Shown in pieces: positions 12,590-24,629 of a stretch of 64,000 bases of DNA (positions are counted from its first letter, which is position 1; every line of letters starts with the position of its first letter). The stretch spans positions 352 to 64,351 of the forward strand of contig JBMOHS010000001.1 of assembly GCA_049317725.1 (NCBI GenBank), in the 5' to 3' direction. The stretch is from Blastocatellia bacterium. GTDB lineage: Bacteria; Acidobacteriota; Blastocatellia; RBC074. The notes below the pieces were generated by a model. It worked only from the letters and a program-made list of their open reading frames with translations, was not told the DNA's origin and did no database searches. Both the position numbers and the translations under genes were made by a program.

Positions 12590-13186
12590 TTAGTGGCGTG
12601 GGGCGGCAAGAAGCGCCATGGCTTCGTGTCGGGTGCGCTCGTCCTTGCGGAAGACACCGCGCACTGCCGAGGTGATGGTCGAGGCTCCGTGTTTCTTGAC
12701 TCCGCGCATGGCCATGCAGAGGTGGACGGCCTCGATGACCACCATGACGCCGCGGGGGCGCAGCTCCCCCTGGTAGAGAATCTCGGCGATCTGGGTGGTC
12801 AACCGCTCCTGGACTTGTGGGCGGCGTGCGTAGAGATCGCTGATCCGGGCCAGCTTCGAGAGGCCGATGATGCGACCTTCATTCGGGATATAGGCGATGT
12901 GGGCCACACCGGTGAAGGGAAGGAGATGATGCTCGCAGATGGAATAGATCGGGATGTCGCGGACCATGACGATCTCGTCGTGGGTCTCCGCGGGGATTAC
13001 TTTGATCTCTTGCTCGACGGGTTCGTGGAGTCCTCCACAGATCTCCTGGTACATCTCGGCGACGCGGTGTGGGGTCTCAGCGATGCCTGGACGAGTCAAG
13101 TCCTCACCAATCCCCTCCAGGATCAGTCGCACACCGGCAGCGATCTTCTCTAAATCGAACATTCCTTGGCGCCTCTCTGCGGTCAT
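12590..13186 (-). CDS. folE: GTP cyclohydrolase I FolE
   Basis: Conserved [20 protein letters not shown] and [16 protein letters not shown] motifs. Start codon uncertain (13186/13162/13210). Confidence 0.85.
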   Translation of the reverse strand: MTAERRQGMFDLEKIAAGVRLILEGIGEDLTRPGIAETPHRVAEMYQEICGGLHEPVEQEIKVIPAETHDEIVMVRDIPIYSICEHHLLPFTGVAHIAYIPNEGRIIGLSKLARISDLYARRPQVQERLTTQIAEILYQGELRPRGVMVVIEAVHLCMAMRGVKKHGASTITSAVRGVFRKDERTRHEAMALLAAPRH

Positions 13187-13434
13187 CTTCTTCTCGGGTC
13201 CAGAGCCCACTCGTCAGGGGGAGGAGCAGGAGTCTTCCCCGATGGAGCAGGCTCCCCATTATGGAGAAGAGAGCGGGGGAGGCGCAAGGAGCCGATCTGG
13301 GCCAAAATTGACGGAGAGGAAAAACTTTAAATAGAATGAAGGGGTTGTAGCGTACGATCGGGAGGTACCGGGCAAGCGGGCGATAGGGGTGGCAATAGGG
13401 GTGTAACAGACGGTAAGCAGAAGCGGGAGGGGAG

Positions 13435-15600
13435 ATGGAACCGACAGTAGAAGGGCGATCAAGCACGCGGCCAGCGGGGAGTGTCTCTGCCTCGCTGGGA
13501 ATCTTGGTGGGAGGAGACCGGCGTAGCAGCGGAGCCCCGCCAGAGGGCGCTTACTTCAATCGGGAACTGAGCTGGATTGAGTTCAACAGCCGAGTCCTCG
13601 AGGAGGCGCTCGATCCCACACAGCCGCTCTTGGAGCGCTTGAAATTTCTGGCGATCTTCTCGGACAACCTCGACGAGTTCTTCATGGTGCGGGTGTCGGG
13701 GCTGCAAGAGCAGTTGGAGGCCGATCCGACACTCCTCTCACCGGACGGTCTGACACCGGCGACACAGTTGCGGATGATCGGGGAGCGGCTCCGAACTCTC
13801 GTCGAGATCCAGATGCGGTGCCTCCGCGAGCAGGTTCTGCCAGGGCTGCGCACCTTTGGGATCGAGATCGTGACGTATGATCAATTGGACGCGGCAGAGC
13901 AGGCAGACTTTCAGACGCTCTTCTCGGAATGGATCTTTCCGATCTTGACGCCCTTGCTGGTCGATCCGAGCCACCCATTTCCGATCATCTCAAATATCAG
14001 CCTCAACCTGGGGATCCTGGTGATCCCGGAGAACCCGCGGAATGGGGATGGACCGCGGTTTGCGAGGCTCAAGCTGCCGCCAAATGTTCCGCGGCTGCTG
14101 CCGGTCGTGGAAGGGGGAACCCGTTTTGTCTTGCTGGAAGAGGTGGTGACAGCCAACATCAAGGCCCTCTTTCCGGGGATGCGCATCCTCGAATGTCAGC
14201 CCTTCCGGATTACCCGGGACGCCGATATCGAGATCGAGGAGGACGAGGCGGGCGATCTGCTCAAGAAGATTGAGGAGCGGCTTCAACAGCGCCGTTTCGG
14301 GTTTGGCGTGCGGCTGGAAGTGGCTTCGGGGATGAGCCCGCAGATGGTCGAGCTGCTCCGCCACTCGTTGGAATTGGAGGCACAGGACGTCTACACGATC
14401 GATGGTCCCCTCAACATCCCAGGGCTGATGGCGCTGACGCGGCTCGATTTTCCGGGGCTCAAAGACGCTCCATTCACGCCAGCGACGCCACCGATCCTCC
14501 GGCAACACGAATCGATTCTGGACGCGATCCGGCAACAGGACATTCTGCTGCACCACCCTTACGACTCGTTCGTTCCCGTCGTCGAGTTCATCCGGGCGGC
14601 GGCGCGGGATCCGCAGGTCTTGGCGATCAAACAGACGCTCTACCGGGTTGGCCGGGATTCACCGATCGTCGAGGCGCTGATCGAGGCGGCGAGAAATGGG
14701 AAGCAGGTGGCGGTCCTCGTCGAACTGAAGGCACGCTTTGACGAAGAGAACAATATTCTGTGGGCGCGTCGAATGGAGGAGGCCGGGGTCCACGTCGTCT
14801 ACGGCGTGGTCGGGTTAAAGACGCACGCGAAGATCGCGCTGGTGGTGCGGCAGGAGCAGGGGGCGATCCGGCGGTACATCCACCTCGGGACCGGCAACTA
14901 CAATGCGACCACATCGCGGATCTACACGGACTTTGGGCTCTTGACGGCCGATCGGGAGTTGGGGGCGGATGCGTCGGAGTTGTTCAACTATCTGACAGGG
15001 TATTCGCGTCAGAACCGGTATCGCAAGCTGTTGGTGGCCCCGGTCAGCCTGCGGCGGGGCATCGTGGAGATGATCCGTCGCGAAGTGGCGCACCACCGCG
15101 CGGGACGGCCTGCCGGAATCATCGCCATGTTCAACAGTTTGACAGACACGGGGCTGGTCGACGAGTTGTATACCGCCTCCCGCGAGGGGGTGCCGATCGA
15201 TCTGATCGTCCGGGGGGTCTGTTGTTTACGACCGGGGCTGCCCGGGGTGAGTGAAACGATCCGGGTCGGGTCGATCGTCGGGCGGTTCCTCGAGCACACG
15301 CGGGTCTATCGGTTCCTCAATGGCGGGGAGGAGGCGATCTATCTCGGAAGTGCAGACCTGATGAACCGTAACCTGGATCGGCGGATCGAGATTCTCTTTC
15401 CGCTGGAGGATGTACGACTGCGGGAGCGATTGGTCGAGGAGGTCCTGGTGCCCGCCCTGCGGGACACGGCCAAGATGCGCTGGCTGGAATCGAATGGCCA
15501 GTACCACCGCCCGCATCCATCCGAGGAGAGCCCTTTCAATCTGCAGAAGTATCTGCTTCCACCCGCGAGACAAGAGCCGGCGAGGCAAGAGGTGGAGTAG
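13435..15600 (+). CDS. ppk: polyphosphate kinase 1
   Basis: [20 protein letters not shown]-terminus and the two PLD-like HKD regions (HAKIALVVR...; [12 protein letters not shown]). 721 aa. True start may be the internal GTG at ~13507. Confidence 0.9.
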   Translation: MEPTVEGRSSTRPAGSVSASLGILVGGDRRSSGAPPEGAYFNRELSWIEFNSRVLEEALDPTQPLLERLKFLAIFSDNLDEFFMVRVSGLQEQLEADPTLLSPDGLTPATQLRMIGERLRTLVEIQMRCLREQVLPGLRTFGIEIVTYDQLDAAEQADFQTLFSEWIFPILTPLLVDPSHPFPIISNISLNLGILVIPENPRNGDGPRFARLKLPPNVPRLLPVVEGGTRFVLLEEVVTANIKALFPGMRILECQPFRITRDADIEIEEDEAGDLLKKIEERLQQRRFGFGVRLEVASGMSPQMVELLRHSLELEAQDVYTIDGPLNIPGLMALTRLDFPGLKDAPFTPATPPILRQHESILDAIRQQDILLHHPYDSFVPVVEFIRAAARDPQVLAIKQTLYRVGRDSPIVEALIEAARNGKQVAVLVELKARFDEENNILWARRMEEAGVHVVYGVVGLKTHAKIALVVRQEQGAIRRYIHLGTGNYNATTSRIYTDFGLLTADRELGADASELFNYLTGYSRQNRYRKLLVAPVSLRRGIVEMIRREVAHHRAGRPAGIIAMFNSLTDTGLVDELYTASREGVPIDLIVRGVCCLRPGLPGVSETIRVGSIVGRFLEHTRVYRFLNGGEEAIYLGSADLMNRNLDRRIEILFPLEDVRLRERLVEEVLVPALRDTAKMRWLESNGQYHRPHPSEESPFNLQKYLLPPARQEPARQEVE

Positions 15601-15652
15601 CCCTCGTGATTGGGGAGAACGAATTGAGAGGGGGAGGTGTGCCTTGGACTGG

Positions 15653-18016
15653 ATGAGGATGGGAGAGAAGAACCGGCGAAGACGGTCAGGGAGAGTTCTG
15701 CTGGGGATGGTTCTGCTCGGAGTCGGGAGCTGGGCAGTGCCCACGACTGGGCTGACGCACTGGGCGGAAGGGCGGAGTGAACAAGCAGGGACAGTGGGGC
15801 TGGATGGGCGATTCGTCATTGGACGTCCGGCGCTGACAGATCTCTGGGTGGATCCGCTCAACGGAGATGACAGCCGGTCCGGTAACAGCCGGTCGATGGC
15901 CTTGCGAACCCTGCGCGCCGCCTGGAACCGGATTCCGCAGGGGGCTCCTCTGACCGGCAATGGGTGGCGAATCCTCCTGGTCGAGGGAAGCTACCCGGAG
16001 GCGAGCATCCCCAACTATCTGGAAAAGCGCTATGGGACGGCCCGCTTTCCGATCCTCCTGCAAGGGGCGGATGGGCCGGGGAAGGCCGTGCTGCAAGGGG
16101 ATCTCAACATCTTCGACTGTCGGTATCTCTACCTGGTCGACCTGACGATTCGGCCGCTACCGGCGGGAGACACGCTCCACTTCGAGAAGTGTGATCACGT
16201 GCTGATGCGGGGGCTGGAGCTGGACGGGGGACGCTGGATCAGCGAGGGGCAGAGCACGCCAGTCGCGCGGGAGACCCTCAAGATCAACCAGTCGCAGTAC
16301 ATCTACCTTGAGGATTGCAACATTCACGGCGCCGGTGACAATGCGGTTGATTACGTCGCGGTCCAGTACGGGCACGCGATCGGCAACCGGATTTACAACA
16401 GCAACGACTGGGCGATGTATGTCAAGGGAGGGTCCGCCTACCTGCGGGTCGAGGGAAACGAGTTCTACGATGCGGGGACGGGCGGGTTCACGTGTGGCCA
16501 GGGGACAGGGTTCGAGTGGATGACCTCGCCGTGGCTGCACTACGAGGCCTACGACATCAAGGTGATCAACAACGTCGTGCACGACACGGAGGGGGCGGGG
16601 CTGGGCGTCAATGGGGGCTATAACATCCTCATGGCGTGGAACACGCTCTACCGGGTGGGGCGGCGAAGCCACGTCATCGAAGTAGTCCCCGGCAGTCGGA
16701 GTTGCGATGGGAACACTGCCCGGTGTCAGACGAATCAGACGGCGGGCGGGTGGGGTGGAGCGATCCCCGAGGGGCAGTATATTCCAGCCCGGAACGTCTA
16801 TTTGTATAACAACCTCGTCTACAACCCGGCCGGGTATCAGAGTCGCTGGCAGCACTTCGAGATTCGTGGGCCGGTGGTGCCGCCATCGGGAAGCAATGTG
16901 ACCTCACCGGCGAGGGTCGATATCAACCTGCAGATTCGCGGCAACATCATCTGGAACGGGCCGCCGGGCCACTCACTCGGGTTGGGAGGGAGCACCGGCT
17001 GCCAGCCCTCGAACATGACCTGCAACGAGGCGCAGATTCGGGCGGAGAATGCGATCAACAGCCTCGAGCCGCAACTGGTCAATCCGGCAGCCGGGGACTA
17101 TCGGCCGCAGCCGGGGAGCAATGTCACGAGAGCGAGCACGTACCTGCCCGGGGCGTTCAATTGGAGTGATGCCCCTGGGACACCGACGGTTCCTGCGGGG
17201 GAGCTGGCCAATGTCGTCTCCTTCGATCTGGTGGGCAGACCGCGGCGGGGAGGTGGACCGCCGGGAGCCTTGCTGCCAGGGCGAGCGGTGACGACGGTCT
17301 CGGCGGCCAGTTTCCTGCGGGGAGGAGTGGCGGGAGGATCGATCGTCTCGGCCTTCGGCATCGAGTTGGCGCCGGGAGTGGGGACGGCGAATGCGGTGCC
17401 CTTGCCGGACACACTGCAGGGAGTCTCGGCGGTGATCGAGGATGGAACGGGAGGCAGCCGGCGGGCGCCGCTCTTCTTCGTCTCGCCCGGTCAGATCAAT
17501 TTCCTGATTCCGGCGCAGACGCCGCTGGGACAGGCGACGCTGCTCGTCCGTGCGGATGGGGCGACCGGAGAACCCTTGCTGACGGGAGCGCTCCGGATCG
17601 AACCAGTAGCCCCGGGGCTCTTCACGGCTGACGCGAGTGGGCGTGGAGCTCCTGCGGCGCTGCTCTTGCGCGTCCGCAGCGGGAGTGGCGGGCAGGCCAC
17701 CTGGGGGTATGAGCCGGTGACCGAGATCGATGCGGCGACGGGGCGGCCCGTCGCCCTGGCGATCGACCTTGGACCCGTTGGGGACGAGGTCTACCTGATC
17801 CTCTTCGGGACAGGCTGGCGGCGAGCATCGGAGGTCGTCGCCAGCGTGGGAGGGGTGGCTGTCCCAGTGGTCTTCTCAGGAGGCCATCCGGACTGGGTCG
17901 GACTCGATCAGCTGAACGTACGGATCCCGCGCGAGATGGCAGGACGGGGCTTGGTCGAGCTTCTGGTGACGGCGGACGGTGTGCTCTCGAACTCGCTCTC
18001 GGTTCGCTTCAAGTGA
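15653..18016 (+). CDS. secreted right-handed parallel beta-helix (pectate-lyase-fold) protein with Solibacter-type C-terminal domain (TIGR03437-like)
   Basis: ATG at 15653 after the ppk stop. Signal peptide LLGMVLLGVGSWA. Repeated NxxxN/G-rich beta-helix turns. C-terminal GQINFLIP...PGLFT...GVAVPVVFSGGHPDWVGLDQLNVRIP resembles the Acidobacteria Soli_cterm domain. Confidence 0.6.
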   Translation: MRMGEKNRRRRSGRVLLGMVLLGVGSWAVPTTGLTHWAEGRSEQAGTVGLDGRFVIGRPALTDLWVDPLNGDDSRSGNSRSMALRTLRAAWNRIPQGAPLTGNGWRILLVEGSYPEASIPNYLEKRYGTARFPILLQGADGPGKAVLQGDLNIFDCRYLYLVDLTIRPLPAGDTLHFEKCDHVLMRGLELDGGRWISEGQSTPVARETLKINQSQYIYLEDCNIHGAGDNAVDYVAVQYGHAIGNRIYNSNDWAMYVKGGSAYLRVEGNEFYDAGTGGFTCGQGTGFEWMTSPWLHYEAYDIKVINNVVHDTEGAGLGVNGGYNILMAWNTLYRVGRRSHVIEVVPGSRSCDGNTARCQTNQTAGGWGGAIPEGQYIPARNVYLYNNLVYNPAGYQSRWQHFEIRGPVVPPSGSNVTSPARVDINLQIRGNIIWNGPPGHSLGLGGSTGCQPSNMTCNEAQIRAENAINSLEPQLVNPAAGDYRPQPGSNVTRASTYLPGAFNWSDAPGTPTVPAGELANVVSFDLVGRPRRGGGPPGALLPGRAVTTVSAASFLRGGVAGGSIVSAFGIELAPGVGTANAVPLPDTLQGVSAVIEDGTGGSRRAPLFFVSPGQINFLIPAQTPLGQATLLVRADGATGEPLLTGALRIEPVAPGLFTADASGRGAPAALLLRVRSGSGGQATWGYEPVTEIDAATGRPVALAIDLGPVGDEVYLILFGTGWRRASEVVASVGGVAVPVVFSGGHPDWVGLDQLNVRIPREMAGRGLVELLVTADGVLSNSLSVRFK

Positions 18017-18038
18017 CCGTACTTGAGAGGACCGGCGG

Positions 18039-19085
18039 TCAGACAGGAGAGAGCCGGACGATCCGGGAGTCGCGAGCGGAGTGGTAGATCGCCTCGACCA
18101 GTTCGAGTGAGTGGCGTCCCTCGCGGCCATCGATGCGGGGAGAGCGCTGCTCGACGATCGCCTCGATCATCTCGGCGATCTGGCGCCGATGGCCTTCCGC
18201 GGAGATCGCCGAGGGGTTCGCGGCACCATTGGTCAGGTCTTCCGTGAGGAGCTGGGGCGGATCTTCGCCGTCGATTCGCCAGTGTCCGATCGAGTCCCCT
18301 TCGAGGAGGATCGTGCCGCGCTCCCCGCTCAGTTCCAATCGACGTTGGAACCCAGGCTTGGCGGAAGTTGCGGCCTCGATGACCCCAAGGGCGCCGCTCT
18401 CGAACTGGAGGCTGGCGACGAGAGTGTCCTCGCCTTCGAGATGGGGGTAGCGCAGCGCACCGCGGAAAGCGGCGACCTGCCGAACGGGGCCCGCGATCCA
18501 GCGAAGCAGGTCGACGGTATGGATGGCCTGATTGATGAGCGCGCCGCCTCCATCGAGGGCGAGCGTGCCGTGCCAAGATTCGGGCGCGTAGTAGCTGGGC
18601 TCGCGGTACCACTTGACGATGGCATCGGCGAGGAAGATCTGCCCGAGACGCCCTTGTCGCACCGCCTGTTCGATCTGCTGGACGGCGGGAAGAAAGCGGG
18701 ACTGGAAGATGACGCCGAGTCTGACCTGATGGCGGCCGCAGGCGTCGATGAGCGCGTCGGCACGGGAGAGGTTGATCTCGATCGGCTTCTCGACGAGGAC
18801 GTGACGCCCGGCCTCGGCCGCACGAATCCCATAGGTGGCATGCGTCCCGCTCGGCGTACAGATACTGACGAGGTCCAGCCCGGGGTGCGCCAGAAATCGG
18901 TCGTACTCCTGGTAGGCGGTTCCACCGTAGCGTTGGACAAACGACTCGCCGCGCGCCCTGTCGCGCGTGCAGACGGCGACGAGGTGTGCTGCGGGAGTGT
19001 GCTCCGCCAGCCTGGCGATCGCCTCGGCCTGGACTGCGGCAATCATTCCACACCCCACCAATCCAACTCCGATCGTCTCTGCCAT
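18039..19085 (-). CDS. Gfo/Idh/MocA family NAD(P)-dependent oxidoreductase
   Basis: [12 protein letters not shown] Rossmann motif and EKP motif ([11 protein letters not shown]). GAGGAG SD upstream of ATG at 19085. Confidence 0.85.
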   Translation of the reverse strand: MAETIGVGLVGCGMIAAVQAEAIARLAEHTPAAHLVAVCTRDRARGESFVQRYGGTAYQEYDRFLAHPGLDLVSICTPSGTHATYGIRAAEAGRHVLVEKPIEINLSRADALIDACGRHQVRLGVIFQSRFLPAVQQIEQAVRQGRLGQIFLADAIVKWYREPSYYAPESWHGTLALDGGGALINQAIHTVDLLRWIAGPVRQVAAFRGALRYPHLEGEDTLVASLQFESGALGVIEAATSAKPGFQRRLELSGERGTILLEGDSIGHWRIDGEDPPQLLTEDLTNGAANPSAISAEGHRRQIAEMIEAIVEQRSPRIDGREGRHSLELVEAIYHSARDSRIVRLSPV

Positions 19086-19099
19086 CGCGCGCGCTCCTC

Positions 19100-19126
19100 A
19101 ATTTGGGGATTTGGGGATTTGGGGAT
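19100..19126. repeat. tandem repeat, ~3.3 x 8 bp (atttgggg) upstream of the oxidoreductase gene
   Basis: Directly read: tttggggatttggggatttggggattctgg, within 20 nt of the oxidoreductase RBS. Confidence 0.85.
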
Positions 19127-19344
19127 TCTGGGCGGCTGGTCGGTCGAACTGGTCTTGCCCAGCAGACGCAAGCAGGCTACCCTCTCGGGGTCTTCCGGCA
19201 GGGAAGATCCTATCCGTTCGTCAGTACGACAGTCTGGATTATACGGGAAAGAGGACGGGTTGGGGAGCGGGGCGGCCGTGCCGTGAATCATGAAAATCAC
19301 GAATCGAAAAGAGCTTGGAGCGGGTGTCCACGAGGAAGAAGCGT

Positions 19345-19770
19345 ATGGCCATCACGATTGAAGGCATTCATCACGCCGGGATCCTGGTCACCGATCTGGA
19401 ACGAGCGATCGCTTTTTACGAAGGGGTGCTCGGGCTCGTGCCGTTGGCGCGACCGGATCTGGGATTTGCCGGCCGGTGGTACGATCTGTGCAACGGACAG
19501 CAGTTGCACCTGATGTGCGTCGAGCAGGTGCCGGGACATCACGATCCGCCCCGGCACGACCGGCATCTCGCCTTGTCGGTGGCCTCGCTCGATGCCACGG
19601 AGGCCGAGCTGCGACGTCAAGGGGTGGAGATTGGCTATGGCAGCGGGCGATCGGGCCGACCGCAGCTCTTCATTCGGGATCCGGATGGGAACACCATCGA
19701 GCTCCGGTCAGGAGAGCGGACGGGCGGGGTGGCCGGGAAGCCTCCCCTGCCCTCCCCCGAAGCGCAGTGA
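19345..19770 (+). CDS. VOC/glyoxalase-family protein
   Basis: [31 protein letters not shown] and C-terminal [14 protein letters not shown] are classic glyoxalase/bleomycin-resistance fold motifs. SD GAGGAAG upstream. Confidence 0.75.
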   Translation: MAITIEGIHHAGILVTDLERAIAFYEGVLGLVPLARPDLGFAGRWYDLCNGQQLHLMCVEQVPGHHDPPRHDRHLALSVASLDATEAELRRQGVEIGYGSGRSGRPQLFIRDPDGNTIELRSGERTGGVAGKPPLPSPEAQ

Positions 19771-19807
19771 AACCGATCGGTCGAACGAACCAGAGGAGAG
19801 AAGAACG

Positions 19808-21265
<1,458 letters not shown>

Positions 21266-21388
21266 CCAGGATCAGGCTTTGATCTCGACGTGGTTGTCGC
21301 TGTGGAGAGGGCTGGGTCACCTGCCGCTATCCCGGGACCAGATCGATCCCGTTCGCCAAGCAAATGTGCCACACAGAGGAGGCAATCG

Positions 21389-22690
21389 GTGAGGAGAGAA
21401 GCATCCAGTCAGCAGCCCTTCTACGGATGGTGGATTGTCGGAGCCGCCTTCGTCTTCATGATGATGATCGTCGGCTTCGTCCTCTACGGGTTGCCGCAGT
21501 TCTTTCCGAACTACATCGCGGAGTTTGGCTGGCGTCGGGATCAGATCCAGCTCGGGAACACGCTCAGCAAGATCATCGTCGGCCCGCTCTTCGGATTTGC
21601 CGCTGGGTGGGCGATGGAGCGGTACGGCCCGCGCCGGGTCATGCTGGTCGGAGCGCTCTTCGCGGGAACCGCGCTGGTCGGGTTCAGCGGGATGAGTTCG
21701 CTCTCGCAGCTCTATCTCTTCTACTTTTTCAATGCGCTCGGGTATCTCTGTGCGGGCCCATTGCCGGCCCAGGTCTTGATCAGCAATTGGTTTGCGCGAT
21801 GGCGCGGACGGATGATGGGCATCGCCTATGTCGGAATCGGCGCGGGAGGGGCGATCGTCCCGTGGTTGATTCTCTGGTCGCGGGAGCGCTTCGGGTGGCG
21901 GGGATCGCTGCAGTTGATGGCGGGAATCATCGTCGTCTCGCTCGGGGCGCTGGCGCTCTTCGTCGTCCGGCGACATCCCGCAGAGATGGGCCAGTTTCCG
22001 GATGGAGCCGATCCCGCCGAGGCAGGTCAGGAGGCGGCCCCCAACGGGCCCGCGCCGCGGATGTCCCGGGTCCTTCGCACCCAAACCTTCTGGTTGCTGG
22101 CCCTCGGCAGTGTGCTCAGCATCAGCGCCGTCGGCGGAGTGACCCAGAACCTGCCCCTCTTCCTCGCCGACATCACTCAATCGAACGAGGAGGCCCGACG
22201 AGCCGCCGCGATCTACCCGAGCATCGTCCTGCTGACCAGCATCGCCGGGCGACTCTCGATGGGCTATCTGGCCGACCGATTCCGCAAGAAGCACGTCATG
22301 CTGGCGACCTTTCTGCTGATCGGCGTCTCGATCCCGCTGCTCCCGTTGTCGCGCGAGCACCCAGAACTGCTCTACGTCTTCGCGGTGCTCTTCGGCTTTG
22401 GGCTAGGAGCAGACTATATGCTGATTCCGTTGATGACTGCGGAGTGCTTTGGATTGGTGGGGTTGAGTCGGATCCTCGGCATCATCATCACCAGCGACTC
22501 CGTCGGAGAGTCGTTGATGCCGTGGGCCGTCGCCAGGATCCGCGAAGGGACAGGGAGCTACGACATCGGATTTCTCCTGCTGACCGGGGTCGCCCTGCTC
22601 GGAGCGGTGGCGATCCTTGGGATCCGGTATCGGGATGGAGAGCCGATCAGCCGACAACAACTCCGTGACGTGCCGAGCGCACAGAAGTGA
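21389..22690 (+). CDS. MFS transporter
   Basis: About 12 predicted TM helices, N-terminal FYGWWIVGAAF, MFS signature-like GRLSMGYLADRFRKK. GTG start with GAGGAGG SD. Confidence 0.8.
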   Translation: MRREASSQQPFYGWWIVGAAFVFMMMIVGFVLYGLPQFFPNYIAEFGWRRDQIQLGNTLSKIIVGPLFGFAAGWAMERYGPRRVMLVGALFAGTALVGFSGMSSLSQLYLFYFFNALGYLCAGPLPAQVLISNWFARWRGRMMGIAYVGIGAGGAIVPWLILWSRERFGWRGSLQLMAGIIVVSLGALALFVVRRHPAEMGQFPDGADPAEAGQEAAPNGPAPRMSRVLRTQTFWLLALGSVLSISAVGGVTQNLPLFLADITQSNEEARRAAAIYPSIVLLTSIAGRLSMGYLADRFRKKHVMLATFLLIGVSIPLLPLSREHPELLYVFAVLFGFGLGADYMLIPLMTAECFGLVGLSRILGIIITSDSVGESLMPWAVARIREGTGSYDIGFLLLTGVALLGAVAILGIRYRDGEPISRQQLRDVPSAQK

Positions 22691-22692
22691 CG

Positions 22693-24105
22693 TCAGCTCT
22701 CGACCGAAGATCCTGGAGGGAGTTGGTGTCGCGCCCGGACGCCGGGGGAGGCTTTCCGGGAAGGTGGAAGGGAGAGCCGCCCGGCGGGCCGGCGTCTCTC
22801 CTCGCGATTCGCCACCAGCGGGTCGCGCATCGTCGCCAGCGCGGCCAAGATCAACGCGAGCTGGGCGTTGACGGTCACCTGCAGATTGAAATCGACGATG
22901 CTATGGACGGCCATCGCGAAGCATCCGGCGAGGGCCCCGAGAACGATCGATCGATGGCGCTGATCCGTCGTCTGAGCCAACGCCATCCCCCTCACGAAGA
23001 GGAGCGCGACGAAGAGGATCGCGATCCCCCCACCGACGATTCCGGTGTCGGCGAGAACTTGCAGATAGTCGTTGTGGGTCTGTTCGACCCGTTGGGTGCC
23101 TGCGCTCGGATCGTAGCGGGGATAGACGTACGGGAAGGCACCGAGACCGACCCCGAACCACGGGTAGTCACGGACCAGCCGACCGGTCGCCTGCCAGATC
23201 TCGCGTCGACTGAACCGCTCTTCCGCCGACTGGACGGCTTCGAGTTCACTGCCTGTCTGGGCGAGGTTCTGGACGAGCCCTTCCGAACCGACGACCAGCA
23301 GGGCGGTGACGATGGCGGTGGCGCCAAGACCGAGGACACCAGCCGATCGGAGGATCCGGCCCCCGCGGCCCCCTCTTCGTTGAAAGAGGAGCGGAACCGC
23401 GACGAAGGCCAGAAAGAGCAATGTGGATCCGAGGGCAATCAGCCCGCCCCGCGAAGCCGAGAGGACGACGCCGGCGGAGAGGAGCAGCAGCCCGCTGCCA
23501 TAGAGGGCCAGCCACTCCCGGCGCGTGCTGCGCCCCAGCAGAAGCCCCCCGAAGAGCCCCGCCCCCATCACCAGAAATCCCGCAAAATGGTTGCGGTTGA
23601 CAAAGGGCCCGAAAGCCCCTCGCTGCCAGACGACCTTTCCAATAAAGTTCTGGCCAATGCCGACGAGGGCAATGCCCACGCAGACCAGCAAGAGGGCCCG
23701 CACCAGCAGGTCGCGCCGTCTCGGCGTCGTCACCACCTCCGAGACGAGCAGCAGAAAAGCGGTGGAGGCAAACAGCTTGAGCAGGGCTTGAAAGGTGGCC
23801 GATGGTTGATGGCTGATCGTGTCAGTGGGAATCTCACCCTGCCAGAAGGTGGCGAGAGGGCCGAGAGAATCGAGCGGCAGCACCTGGAAGAGTCCGACCA
23901 GGAGCAAGGCGATCAGCGGGAGAAGCAACGGTTGCCGCGGCACCCACGAGTGTCCTTCGAGGGCCTGCCGCCAGCACCAGAGGACCAGTCCAAGCAGGAT
24001 CAACAGCTCCCACAACGCGGTCGACCAAGGCTCCACTGAGCCATACGGCAGCGGGGTCAGAACGACCAGCAAGAGAATCAGCAAATAGATCAGCCTCCCC
24101 AGCAC
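22693..24105 (-). CDS. O-antigen ligase / Wzy_C-family polymerase-like integral membrane protein
   Basis: Polytopic. Wzy_C-type region ...VEQTHNDYLQVLADTGIVGGGIA... Confidence 0.75.
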   Translation of the reverse strand: MLGRLIYLLILLLVVLTPLPYGSVEPWSTALWELLILLGLVLWCWRQALEGHSWVPRQPLLLPLIALLLVGLFQVLPLDSLGPLATFWQGEIPTDTISHQPSATFQALLKLFASTAFLLLVSEVVTTPRRRDLLVRALLLVCVGIALVGIGQNFIGKVVWQRGAFGPFVNRNHFAGFLVMGAGLFGGLLLGRSTRREWLALYGSGLLLLSAGVVLSASRGGLIALGSTLLFLAFVAVPLLFQRRGGRGGRILRSAGVLGLGATAIVTALLVVGSEGLVQNLAQTGSELEAVQSAEERFSRREIWQATGRLVRDYPWFGVGLGAFPYVYPRYDPSAGTQRVEQTHNDYLQVLADTGIVGGGIAILFVALLFVRGMALAQTTDQRHRSIVLGALAGCFAMAVHSIVDFNLQVTVNAQLALILAALATMRDPLVANREERRRPAGRLSLPPSRKASPGVRARHQLPPGSSVES

Positions 24106-24178
24106 CGTTGACTCCTCTCCACTTTCCCCTCCCTGCCGCTCCTCCGTCTATTCCCGAGGACGAGGCAAGGAAGGCCAT

Positions 24179-24544
24179 TCAGGTCCTTTTCTGTGTCCCG
24201 CGAATGCGCGCCCAGTGGCGGAATGGCGCGATTCTCCGCCGCGCACGGTAGGTCTCGAAGCTGGAATAGACGCGCAGCCCGAGGAGATAGAGCCCCACCA
24301 GCAACAGGCCAATGCCGGCGGCAGGTGCCCGACCGCGGATCAAGAGCCCTCCCAGCACGACCGCGTAGAGTGGGAGGAGGTAGGTCAGATCGTGCAGCAA
24401 GGCACGCCAGGCTCCCCGGACCAATGCTTTCCATGATCTCCTGCGAGGACCGGAAGCGGCCGTCACCGCCTCGCCGGGCAGAACGAGCACGGTCGGGGCC
24501 GCGTCGGGATGCGCTTGGGTGGTGGTTCGTGGAGGGCGTGGCAT
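24179..24544 (-). CDS. small hypothetical membrane protein (2 predicted TM helices)
   Basis: ORF between the Wzy_C-like gene and the TPR gene on the same strand. Hydrophobic segments LTYLLPLYAVVLGGLLI and GIGLLLVGLYLLGL. No homology recognised. Confidence 0.3.
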   Translation of the reverse strand: MPRPPRTTTQAHPDAAPTVLVLPGEAVTAASGPRRRSWKALVRGAWRALLHDLTYLLPLYAVVLGGLLIRGRAPAAGIGLLLVGLYLLGLRVYSSFETYRARRRIAPFRHWARIRGTQKRT

Positions 24545-24629
24545 CTTGGTCTTCTCCCAGAATTCCGCGCGCATTGTACTGGGTTTGCTGCCAAAGGAAA
24601 ATCAGCGAGTGCTCCTTCTGAGCCAAATC

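Noticed and set aside
15410-15652. Upstream part of ORF 15410..18016 overlapping the 3' end of ppk
   Set aside because: ppk is complete to its stop at 15600. The beta-helix protein has an ATG (15653) followed by a typical signal peptide, so the overlap is a read-through open frame.
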